DNA of 63,473 bases from a virus (Duplodnaviria > Caudoviricetes), in the IMG/VR virus record IMGVR_UViG_3300049811_000819, positions 1 to 63,473 of that record; one strand, 5' to 3'. Shown here piece by piece: positions 45,139 to 53,652 of this stretch; positions within the stretch are counted from its first letter, which is position 1; each line of letters begins with the position of its first letter. The notes beneath the pieces were generated by a model that made no database searches, was not told where the DNA came from, and saw nothing but the letters and a program-made list of their open reading frames with translations. Made by a program: the position numbers and the translations under genes.

Positions 45139-47052
45139 TTAGGTTAATCCAGAAAGTGCATTGTCAGTAGTGCGGAACTTGGCTACCCGTAACTGTTGAC
45201 TGGCGTTACTTGAACCAGTGGGGTCAACGTCAAGGGTATCAACTCCTTCCCACGAAAGCCATGTCAAGCGGGACTCGCGGTCAAAGTTGGTTACAGAATC
45301 GGTGCGAACCTCGACAGGCATTGCAATTCCACGTCCTACTGCTCCATGTCCAAAGAAATAGGAGTCCCGGAATAGTGCAGTAGTAGAGGGAGTGCGGACG
45401 GTAACATTGCTTACTCCGTCCGCCCCAGCGTTGCCTACCCCAAAAGCATTCGATTCAAAACAGTGAACGCCCTCGACAACACCCATGTAGCCGTTAACTC
45501 GCGGTTCGGACTCATCAGGAACGTAAGCCGGAAGCATGGCATTGAGGAAATCAAGAAGGTTGGCTGGTGTCGGGGCTTCCCAGTCGTCGTCTAAGTCTTC
45601 TCGCAATTGTTTCCAAGCAGTAGGATTTAGGACTGCCATAAAGTTTCCGTCTGGCAGGGGTTCCCACGGGCTAGTAGATGAGTGAGCGCGGTGACGCATC
45701 TCCCGGAGAAATTGTTGACTCATCCGTCCATCGCCGTTTTGTAGAGCAGTCGGAGTAGTAGTGATTGTGTTGCCCCGGTTATACCAGATTACCGAGGTCA
45801 CATCGTAGCGAGACCGGATTAAACGATCCTCGAATTGAGCGTAGTCATAGCCAAATTTTTGATTGAGTTCTGCCGCTAGTTCGTAAGCAGAAAAATACTC
45901 AACGAAACTCACAATCCGGATTGGATTAATTTGCGTAGAAGCACTTTCTTTACCACGTCCATACTCACGAATTTCCACATCGACTTTAGACGTGGACATG
46001 GAATCGCTACGGGTCGTGATCGAACTGTAGGTACTGCCCGCCGATAATTCGTAGTCAGCAAGAGCAGGAGAAACAGAAAGATAATTGAATCTTCCAATTT
46101 GAATTGTGTTTCCCCGCGATTTTGCAAAATCGTATCGCACTAAGGGCATCATGTGAAATACAAAGCCAGGGCGATGGGTGACACGCATAATCGCCGAGAG
46201 CGTAGGTAAAAAGCCACCGGGAAGATCAGAGATGATCGTGTTAGTCACGCTTTCACCAGGATCGATCATCTGAATATCAGTTCCCCGAAAAAGACCCGCT
46301 TTTTTACCCCACGAATCGAGATCGCTTAAAACGTGCCGATAGTTTGCCTTGACATAGCGATCAAGCTCGGTTTTGTCAAAGTCTAGAACACGCTCTTTAG
46401 CTCCTGTAAATTTTATAGCTTTTGGGAGCGAGTCGATATGATGCTGAATTTCCCGAAAAGTACCGGGTAACTTATCGTTGTACCCGATTGAGATATTCGT
46501 GTTAAAGTTTACTGTTTTGAATTTCGGGGCATTGTTTTGTACTTTCACTTCGTCTGTTTCTGCCTTTTTTGCAGGCTGACTAGAGCCGTGGAGTTTTCCT
46601 AGTTCTTGAAAGTTATTAATGAGTCGTTCCGACTCGGACGTTTTAGCTTCGAGTGCAGCGATTTTTTCGTTTGCTTGCTTGATAGCGACCGATGCGCTAT
46701 CAAGAGAGGATTTAATTTCGTTTTTTTCGGCTTCTGCCTGTTGCTTTTGCGCTTCTAACGCAGATTGTTTCTCGGCTTCAGCCACTACCTTAACTTCTGC
46801 AATTGCAGAAGTTACAGCATTTGTGATCATTAACTCGATTGCTTTTAGATCGACCGCAGGAGCGGTGAGAGCTTCAAGGGTTTCGGCTTCAAAATTTTTG
46901 ATAGGAGTAGCTGGCATAGCGTTTTTAATTACGCCGCGTTCCACAGCCTTAGATTTCATCTCAAATAATTCTTTCTCGTCAACAGGTTCCCCATCGGAAT
47001 CTTTCACGACTACGGGGGTAACTCGTTTGATTTCTTGTAATGTTTTAGGCAT
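45139..47052 (-). CDS. Major capsid protein with an N-terminal scaffold (coiled-coil) domain
   Basis: RGNTIQI, REYG, AVLNP...QLRED, YMGVVEGVHCFES; follows the protease gene. Confidence 0.85.
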   Translation of the reverse strand: MPKTLQEIKRVTPVVVKDSDGEPVDEKELFEMKSKAVERGVIKNAMPATPIKNFEAETLEALTAPAVDLKAIELMITNAVTSAIAEVKVVAEAEKQSALEAQKQQAEAEKNEIKSSLDSASVAIKQANEKIAALEAKTSESERLINNFQELGKLHGSSQPAKKAETDEVKVQNNAPKFKTVNFNTNISIGYNDKLPGTFREIQHHIDSLPKAIKFTGAKERVLDFDKTELDRYVKANYRHVLSDLDSWGKKAGLFRGTDIQMIDPGESVTNTIISDLPGGFLPTLSAIMRVTHRPGFVFHMMPLVRYDFAKSRGNTIQIGRFNYLSVSPALADYELSAGSTYSSITTRSDSMSTSKVDVEIREYGRGKESASTQINPIRIVSFVEYFSAYELAAELNQKFGYDYAQFEDRLIRSRYDVTSVIWYNRGNTITTTPTALQNGDGRMSQQFLREMRHRAHSSTSPWEPLPDGNFMAVLNPTAWKQLREDLDDDWEAPTPANLLDFLNAMLPAYVPDESEPRVNGYMGVVEGVHCFESNAFGVGNAGADGVSNVTVRTPSTTALFRDSYFFGHGAVGRGIAMPVEVRTDSVTNFDRESRLTWLSWEGVDTLDVDPTGSSNASQQLRVAKFRTTDNALSGLT

Positions 47053-47098
47053 GGTGTTTTTCACGATCGCTAAGAAAATTATACTTGAAGTTTTGCTA

Positions 47099-47812
47099 TC
47101 ACGCCATAACAAAAGCGTTCAGGTTTTTATCAAGAATTCTAGCCTGTCGGCAATTTCCCGCAAATACAAAAGAGCATTCTAGGGAGTCACATATTCCGAC
47201 GCGACGGTAGTAAGGCGTTAACAGTTCTTGCTCTACCCATACTGCCATGAACGGGGGGTAATGCTCACAGTGCTTGTCTTCGTAAGGAGTGTTGCAGATC
47301 GGACAGTAGGATTTTCCGTAAAAGTTTCCGCCAATTGAAACATTCGCCCGCCGACCATAGAGAATATCCGAGGCTCCGGGGTGGGACTGTTCAATAAAAG
47401 CAAATACTAAAACCTGATGATAACCGTCTTGCTCAATAATTGCTCTGTCTTCGCTTGGGTTCGGGGACTTAGAAAGTATCTTTCGCATCCCTTCCTCGCT
47501 TACTCGTGGTAACGAATAAAGCAAAGCATCGTAAATCATCCCGAAAGTTTTTTCTGCCCGTTCCCATTCGTGATCCAACATCAAAGGACAGCCAGGATAG
47601 CTCGCTACCATAGTTGTTAAGGCGCTTTCATCCCACGCCATCAGTGAGCCGTGAATCAGGTTGTTGCTGGCCATCATTGGGAATCGCAAAAGTTCGGACG
47701 CTTCCCACGGGTCAGACCCCATCGGGGAGTAAGCATTAATTGCTAATAGTTCCTCGGCTGTCGGTTCGCGCGTTTCTAGTAATTTTTCAAAATCTGAGCG
47801 AGTTAGTAGCAT
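47099..47812 (-). CDS. Prohead protease-like protein
   Basis: PLMLDHEW, VSIG, CPIC...CEH.P, ECSFV. Confidence 0.75.
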   Translation of the reverse strand: MLLTRSDFEKLLETREPTAEELLAINAYSPMGSDPWEASELLRFPMMASNNLIHGSLMAWDESALTTMVASYPGCPLMLDHEWERAEKTFGMIYDALLYSLPRVSEEGMRKILSKSPNPSEDRAIIEQDGYHQVLVFAFIEQSHPGASDILYGRRANVSIGGNFYGKSYCPICNTPYEDKHCEHYPPFMAVWVEQELLTPYYRRVGICDSLECSFVFAGNCRQARILDKNLNAFVMA

Positions 47813-47954
47813 GGCTATAAAAAATCCTAATAATAATTCTACTTGTAAAACAGAAGTTTATGGTAAGATGAGCGCAATAAATACAAAATATAAATCAAAA
47901 ATTTACTTCAGGGAGTACGAGTTACGGGGCAGGAAGCAGCCTCGTTTTTTTTGT

Positions 47955-48593
47955 CTATAGCCAGCCTGAGCCAGCAAGGAGGTTTGTCGTCGGGCGCGTG
48001 CGAGAATTGGAAAAAACAAAATAACATCCGCAATTATCTCGGCAGGAACAGCGATCGGTGGGACGGGGGAGGGTTCCAATTGTCTGCCATCCCGCCGCTT
48101 CGTACACTATGCACTCACGGCAGGATTCGGTTTTTGTCCTGATTCGGCGTTCCCATCGGTTTACTAAAGCGTTTCCCCGGCGATTTCCCTCCTCGAAAGC
48201 TTCACGAGCTTTAGTGATGTAACGTTTTGAGCGGTTTAGAATTTGTTTTTCTGTTTGAGTTCCAAGTATAATGTCCCGGCTAAACTTTCGGAGTCTAGCG
48301 TACTGTGAGCGAAGCATTGCCCCGATCCTTCCGTAGTCGGATTGGGTCATATCTGGCTTCCCGACTCGATACAGTTGGATCGTCAACATCTTAATTTCCT
48401 CGCTCATGCGAGACTCCCATTCTCGAACGGTGATTCGTTCAGAAAGCATATCCCGTGTAAGTCGATCAGTCCGATTAATCCTTTCGTTGATCGCCGTAGC
48501 GACAAGCTCACGAACACGGGCGGCCGAAATAAATTTCTTGGTTCGGTTGTCGTGATAGCGTCGAGTTAGGGGATTAAATGAAAAATCAAACAT
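47955..48593 (-). CDS. Minor head morphogenesis protein (Mu F-like)
   Basis: ESCREC...CRDNCGC. Confidence 0.75.
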   Translation of the reverse strand: MFDFSFNPLTRRYHDNRTKKFISAARVRELVATAINERINRTDRLTRDMLSERITVREWESRMSEEIKMLTIQLYRVGKPDMTQSDYGRIGAMLRSQYARLRKFSRDIILGTQTEKQILNRSKRYITKAREAFEEGNRRGNALVNRWERRIRTKTESCRECIVYEAAGWQTIGTLPRPTDRCSCRDNCGCYFVFSNSRTRPTTNLLAGSGWL

Positions 48594-48595
48594 AG

Positions 48596-48769
48596 TCAAA
48601 GCTGTTCATCGATCTCTGGTTCAAGAAAGTTTTCAAAATCAGGATCGGGAGGTTTTTTCTTCCAGTCTGAGATTGCTAAATTTATGTCTTCAGAATTTAC
48701 GTTTGCCTTTGATAATAAGCGTGTTACTGGATCAAGAGTTTTTTCTTTTGGGTTAAATTTGCTTCGCAT
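48596..48769 (-). CDS. Small hypothetical protein (57 aa, not in the ORF track)
   Basis: MRSKFNP...EIDEQL fills the gap between the EAL and minor head genes. Confidence 0.6.
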   Translation of the reverse strand: MRSKFNPKEKTLDPVTRLLSKANVNSEDINLAISDWKKKPPDPDFENFLEPEIDEQL

Positions 48770-48772
48770 GAT

Positions 48773-49477
48773 TTACTCAATACAAAGGTCTTCGGGATGA
48801 ACAGGACAATGAAAAGCGTAACCTTGAAAATATTCTAACCCTAAACTGCTTAAAAGATTAAATTGCAACAAAGACTCAACTCCTTCAGCAACTAAAACTG
48901 TTCCTTGTTCTTGACAGAATTTTGCAAAATACTTAATAAAACTAGCTTTTTCTGAATTGTCAGCGTCAACCAAAAATAGGCGATCAAGTTTGATGATCGA
49001 GGGAGAAATAGAGAATAGTCTATCAAGCCCTGCGTGATTGCAAGGAAAATCGTCAATAGCAATTCTATAGCCTAAGTCTTTTAAAAAACAAATTTCGTTT
49101 AATCCGTTTGGGGAAATAGGATCGCTTTCTGTTATCTCAATAATTACCTTGTCAGGATTTAAAAAAGTCGTCAACTGCTTTATGTGAGTTTTGTTTGCTA
49201 ATTGAATAGGCGAAACATTTACGCAAACTGACGAGATATTGTACCTATTAATATCCTCACTAACAATTTTTGCGATTAATAAATAAAGAGAGAGAAGCTG
49301 ATTAGCTTCAGCCGCAACCTCAAAAATATGTCCTGCGCCCTCTGTTTCAAAACCTTTCCAGCGAAGTAAAGCCTCGCAAGAAAACGGAATCTTTTCTGAA
49401 TTGACAATTGCCTGATAATACGGGCGAATATCGCCTCTGTCTAATGCTTTAAGCAGGTCTGCTGGATTCTTTCTCAC
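48773..49477 (-). CDS. Stand-alone EAL-domain (c-di-GMP phosphodiesterase-like) protein
   Basis: YYQ, EALLRW, VNVS, EITE, IDDF, IKLDR, AEGVE, QGY; likely GTG start at 49477. Confidence 0.92.
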   Translation of the reverse strand: MRKNPADLLKALDRGDIRPYYQAIVNSEKIPFSCEALLRWKGFETEGAGHIFEVAAEANQLLSLYLLIAKIVSEDINRYNISSVCVNVSPIQLANKTHIKQLTTFLNPDKVIIEITESDPISPNGLNEICFLKDLGYRIAIDDFPCNHAGLDRLFSISPSIIKLDRLFLVDADNSEKASFIKYFAKFCQEQGTVLVAEGVESLLQFNLLSSLGLEYFQGYAFHCPVHPEDLCIE

Positions 49478-50732
49478 TTTTTTCTTTCTCACTTTTTGGT
49501 GTACTTTCTTCTGTGGCGGTGTCGTCAGTTTCGTCGCTCGACATTCCATCAATTGACTCTGACCATTCTGGCCAAAGTATCCGATACTTATTTTGAGCAT
49601 TCTCGGTGTACCAATCAAAGCCTTTGCGTAATACTATCTCTGTGTCGATTGCTTGTTTAATTGCGCTCGTCAGTAGTTGACACCATCCGTACCTCATCCG
49701 AGAGTAGCGGCGATCAGGCGATCGAGATAGCTCTTTAGTTCCCCCCTTTGATTCGAGTCCGGGAAAAAAGTACGAGGGAAAGCCAGGGATAATTAGCCTA
49801 TATCGGCATTGCAAAAGATGATTAATTAATCCCGATAGTTCAGGATTAAGGTTTGCCATTTTGCGAATATCGTGTTTATCGCTAGTTAGTACAAAATCGG
49901 TGATCGTCCCTGATTGTCGCCGTAGCTGTATTTCTTGTTCAAATTTTCGCTTGTTTTCTTCGCTTATGCCCGGGAAGATGTACAAGGTCGGATCACTCGC
50001 AATGTCATCGGCTTTTCTTTGGAGATTGTCGGCCGCTCGTTTTACGTCTGTCCATGCTTCAAGCGATGGTAGCCAAAGCGAACGCCCATAAAGGAATTCG
50101 GGAGAATGCCGGAGATGGATAAGTTTTTCTGGCTCGAAAAAATAATCGGGATCGGAATCGGATAAATACTTTCTTTGTTCAAATCCGATCAGTTGTCCTT
50201 GGTCTGTTTCTTTTCGGAACATCTCGAATGTAGGCAGATAAAGACTCTTGTTTACTCCAAAATCCTTGCTTTTGTTCGGAGATAATCCTTCACGCTCAAT
50301 CCCTAGTTCGATAAAACAATCGCCTTTTCCTAATGTCCATCGCAAGGCTTTTTTAAGCTTGTCCCCTCCGATCACGTGAGAATCTAAAGATTGCTTTCTT
50401 TGGCGTAATTCTTCAGCAATTGCAAAAACTTCAGCGTTTATGGGTGTTTCTTCGTCATCGAGCGTATCGGCAATCGCCCAACCTTGATCGTCCCCGTCGC
50501 TACTAGCGAAAGTATCATCGGCGGCCATTTCGAGGGAATGGAACACCTCATAGCACCATTGGTTAAGTTCGATTAGCTCACGGGAAATTCGAGGGTTACG
50601 AATCGGATTTTCCTCGATTTCTAGGTCGTATCTCCGCGTCATCGATAGAATTCCCGATGAAGCAAGCGATCGCTGTGAACCTCTTAGCGATCCGTCTTGT
50701 TTTTTGTCTTTTTTCTTTTTTGTTTTGGCCAT
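49449..50732 (-). CDS. Portal protein
   Basis: GDCFIE, LIHLR, YGRSL motifs; first gene of the head operon. Confidence 0.85.
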   Translation of the reverse strand: MAKTKKKKDKKQDGSLRGSQRSLASSGILSMTRRYDLEIEENPIRNPRISRELIELNQWCYEVFHSLEMAADDTFASSDGDDQGWAIADTLDDEETPINAEVFAIAEELRQRKQSLDSHVIGGDKLKKALRWTLGKGDCFIELGIEREGLSPNKSKDFGVNKSLYLPTFEMFRKETDQGQLIGFEQRKYLSDSDPDYFFEPEKLIHLRHSPEFLYGRSLWLPSLEAWTDVKRAADNLQRKADDIASDPTLYIFPGISEENKRKFEQEIQLRRQSGTITDFVLTSDKHDIRKMANLNPELSGLINHLLQCRYRLIIPGFPSYFFPGLESKGGTKELSRSPDRRYSRMRYGWCQLLTSAIKQAIDTEIVLRKGFDWYTENAQNKYRILWPEWSESIDGMSSDETDDTATEESTPKSEKEKSEKESSRPA

Positions 50733-50823
50733 CGGGAGCTACAATTCTTTCCCTATTCTAAGGGAAAAAGACGACTTTGTTAGCCGTCTTTCTTGAAACA
50801 TCACACAAGGAAAGGAAAAAATT

Positions 50824-51153
50824 TTAAAACTCGTGCCACTCTAGCAATTCGTCTGGCACATCATTGTACTTTTGCCAGATAATACTAGGATCATCGTTGG
50901 GATCACCTTCATTGCTAGGAACTTCATAGCTCATCCCGAAGCATTCTATAACATTAGCATAGTTTCTAGTGAGAATAGGAGCAGGGACAACTTCCGATGG
51001 ACGCAACCAGAGGTTTTCTGGTTCGGGGTTTTGGAAGTTCACCGATAGGTATGGGCCATCGGGAATAACTTCTACGATCCGACCTACTCCACGATCAATA
51101 TCTTCCTTGATTTCTTCCGTGTTTATCTTGACAAATTCATCTATTTTAAACAT
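50824..51153 (-). CDS. Hypothetical protein with an SH3-like N-terminus
   Basis: FKIDEFVKI...GVGRIVEV; GAGGAG SD. Confidence 0.65.
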   Translation of the reverse strand: MFKIDEFVKINTEEIKEDIDRGVGRIVEVIPDGPYLSVNFQNPEPENLWLRPSEVVPAPILTRNYANVIECFGMSYEVPSNEGDPNDDPSIIWQKYNDVPDELLEWHEF

Positions 51154-51157
51154 TGTT

Positions 51158-51412
51158 TTACTCCTCTGGTTGATTCAGGATTGCTTTTTCTTGTTCGATA
51201 GAAATAGCGGAGTAAAACAATTCATCGGTAAGCCGATCTTGCAAAATCTTAGCTACAGCATTAGTAACAAAAAAGAATTTCCCTTGCGCTAAATTTACGG
51301 ATGATACGTTTGGCATTACGTCGTATTCGATAAAAAATACTTCGTAACAGTTGACAAAGTGTTGTCTTCCTTTAGCGTCTTCAATTACTAAAGGACTGAA
51401 TTTATCACTCAT
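51158..51412 (-). CDS. Hypothetical protein
   Basis: First gene after promoter copy 5; GGGAG SD. Confidence 0.65.
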   Translation of the reverse strand: MSDKFSPLVIEDAKGRQHFVNCYEVFFIEYDVMPNVSSVNLAQGKFFFVTNAVAKILQDRLTDELFYSAISIEQEKAILNQPEE

Positions 51413-51443
51413 GATGACTCCCTTAATTTCTTGACTTAATTAA

Positions 51444-51473
51444 ATCATACATAGTCTTTCTTGAATTGTCAAG
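51444..51473 (-). promoter_or_regulatory. Promoter/operator copy 5
   Basis: TTGACA-17-TATGAT; CTTGA-CAAT-TCAAG. Confidence 0.82.
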
Positions 51474-51491
51474 TAAACCAGGAGAACAATT

Positions 51492-52247
51492 TTAGATAAC
51501 CTGTAAAGCTTTCTCGTAGTACCGAATTCTGTCTTCCAATGCATTAAACCCCCCGTTGACTCGTCGAGTAACTTGTTTTACTGTTGCACCTCGATCAATT
51601 AGTGCGTTCATTTTATTGCGATACCACCAAAACCCAGAGGGGAGAAAAAGGTAATTATCCCGAACGTATTGCCACCCCTCCATCACTCTCTGATCGCCAA
51701 CAAAGTCAGCAAAAGCTTGGTAGTTTGCTCTGCCAGTCATTTGAAGAGCGTCCACGCCACGAAACCGTCGCCCGTCACCAGCAAAGATATTGCCGAGGTC
51801 ACGCCGTCCTTCGTAGGCAGTTCCTGACGCTAATTCAACCATCCAGCGAAGTCCGCCACTTTCGTGGGCAATTTGAGCTAAAAAGTGGCGGACACGGGGG
51901 ATAGTAGTAATATCGAAGCGCTTGAGACAGCGATCGAGAGCTTGGAATTGGCGATCTGTAATTGCTCTCCCAAAAACCGCCTCGCACTGGTCTTTACGGA
52001 CAACAGGAGACTCTATCCCTGTCCCGTCAAAGTGTCCTCGAAAAGCATACCAGTTAAAGCGTCCATCAATCGGAGAATCGACTTCTATTAGGTAGTGACT
52101 TCCTTTGAGCTTTAGCCACTTGTAAATCACTTTTTGCCCCTTAGTAATCGGAACAGACTTAAAATCTGTGGGCAAATTCGGAGCGGAGGAGTCAAGGGGG
52201 TGAGACTTTAAGAGTGTAGGAGCAGTAGCGAGCAGGGTGTTAATCAT
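51492..52247 (-). CDS. GH19 (chitinase-like) endolysin
   Basis: HFLAQIAHESGGL, YEGRRDLGN, LQMTGRANY, TRRVNGG.N...R. Confidence 0.92.
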   Translation of the reverse strand: MINTLLATAPTLLKSHPLDSSAPNLPTDFKSVPITKGQKVIYKWLKLKGSHYLIEVDSPIDGRFNWYAFRGHFDGTGIESPVVRKDQCEAVFGRAITDRQFQALDRCLKRFDITTIPRVRHFLAQIAHESGGLRWMVELASGTAYEGRRDLGNIFAGDGRRFRGVDALQMTGRANYQAFADFVGDQRVMEGWQYVRDNYLFLPSGFWWYRNKMNALIDRGATVKQVTRRVNGGFNALEDRIRYYEKALQVI

Positions 52248-52269
52248 TTTGTTAAGTTTCCGTTTTCAC

Positions 52270-53025
52270 TTATTCGCCAATTAACATCTGTCGGCTTACA
52301 CTTTTTCGTTTTTGAGCAAACAAATCTTTAACTGTTTTAATATTTTCTTCTGGAATATAGGGAGCCTGTACTGCTCGCATTCCTTGACAAATTAGGTGAT
52401 CCTGTTTTTGTCGTTTTAGCCAAATTTCTAATTCCCGCCCTGTTTTGAATCCTAATTGTTTGGCCATATCAGCTAGACTTCGCCCAACAAAAGATACGTT
52501 ACGCCCATCTTTGCAAACTACTGTCTCGGTGATAACTTCTTTGACCGGAACGATGGCATTGGGTACACCTTTAATTAAAGCCAGTATCTCAACTCCGTGG
52601 AGCGACGCAATTGCTTCTGATTTGTCTAAGATGTATCGATTATTTTGAGAGATTTCTAACTGCATCTCCAATTCTCGAATGCGATCATTCTGTGCTGGAA
52701 TTACTTCTTTGATTAGTTGTTTCGCTTTCTCAAATCCTTCAACTAATTTTTCTTTGCAGTCTAGAACCTGTTCGGTATTGCGAGAAAACGTCATCAACAA
52801 AGTAGCTTGGTACTCATTTAAGTAACAGTAAGAAATTTCGTAAGTCCCTCCCTGTGGTCGTTTCACCACGTCGATTTCAAATTTTACTGGTTCTTTTCGC
52901 CCCAAACGGTCAAGATATTTCTTAATTGTTTTAAGTAAACTTGCGTGTTCAATCCCTAATTCTTGTGCAATTAAACGGGAATCAACAACTAAAGACTCGT
53001 TAACTGTTACAATCTGAATAGACAT
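52270..53025 (-). CDS. Rha-family antirepressor-like protein
   Basis: LVVDSRLIAQELGIEH...YLNEYQATLLMTFSRN; paralogue of 42559..43311. Confidence 0.88.
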   Translation of the reverse strand: MSIQIVTVNESLVVDSRLIAQELGIEHASLLKTIKKYLDRLGRKEPVKFEIDVVKRPQGGTYEISYCYLNEYQATLLMTFSRNTEQVLDCKEKLVEGFEKAKQLIKEVIPAQNDRIRELEMQLEISQNNRYILDKSEAIASLHGVEILALIKGVPNAIVPVKEVITETVVCKDGRNVSFVGRSLADMAKQLGFKTGRELEIWLKRQKQDHLICQGMRAVQAPYIPEENIKTVKDLFAQKRKSVSRQMLIGE

Positions 53026-53108
53026 AGTGGCTCCTATTAGCCTAAATGTTTAGTCCCCTAGCTTTAACTAGGGGCGATACCAATATTATACCGAAAGTTT
53101 TTGTTAAG
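53023..53108 (-). promoter_or_regulatory. Antirepressor promoter and leader (copy 5)
   Basis: TAACAAAAACTTT..TATAAT; GCCCCTAG-TTAAAG-CTAGGGG-ACTAAACA; GGCT-AATAGG-AGCC. Confidence 0.85.
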
Positions 53109-53121
53109 AGGCTGAATTGTC

Positions 53122-53622
53122 TTACTTTGTTAAGTTTCCGATAGTTTCTGTTAAGGATTTAAGGTACGCAGATATTTTCGTTTGCTGTTGACGAATTTCC
53201 AGTAAATGACGATCATGAGCATCTTGTCGTGATCGTAGTTCGTTAAACTGACGGTCGTAACTGGGCAAGACTAGATCGGCTACCTGTTGTTTTGTTTCGA
53301 CAACTGCAATGCGTTCGGTCAATCCCGTGATTTTGTCACCTAGAGTTTTAACTGAACTATCGAGACTCCCCACACTTTTATCGAGGCGTTCCATCATTTT
53401 TTCAAGCTTACTAGACTGAGTATCGGTAAACTCTGTAGCTTTTTCGATAGTAAGGCGATCTAACTCTTCTGCCTGTGATTTGGATCTGCTCAAAAAATAC
53501 GATACGACTACTGAGCCTATCGCTAACGTAACACTAAAGATTACGCCCCAGTCTTGCACTGTCCAGTCGGATGGGCGATTAATAACTGTTGCGGGCGGCA
53601 CAAGGATAGAGGTGGTTTCCAT
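53122..53622 (-). CDS. Single-TM coiled-coil membrane protein, possibly a lysis accessory
   Basis: WGVIFSVTLAIGSVVVSYFL followed by heptad repeats; near the endolysin. Confidence 0.6.
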   Translation of the reverse strand: METTSILVPPATVINRPSDWTVQDWGVIFSVTLAIGSVVVSYFLSRSKSQAEELDRLTIEKATEFTDTQSSKLEKMMERLDKSVGSLDSSVKTLGDKITGLTERIAVVETKQQVADLVLPSYDRQFNELRSRQDAHDRHLLEIRQQQTKISAYLKSLTETIGNLTK

Positions 53623-53652
53623 GATGTTTTTTACATTGCTCTATCCGTAATT

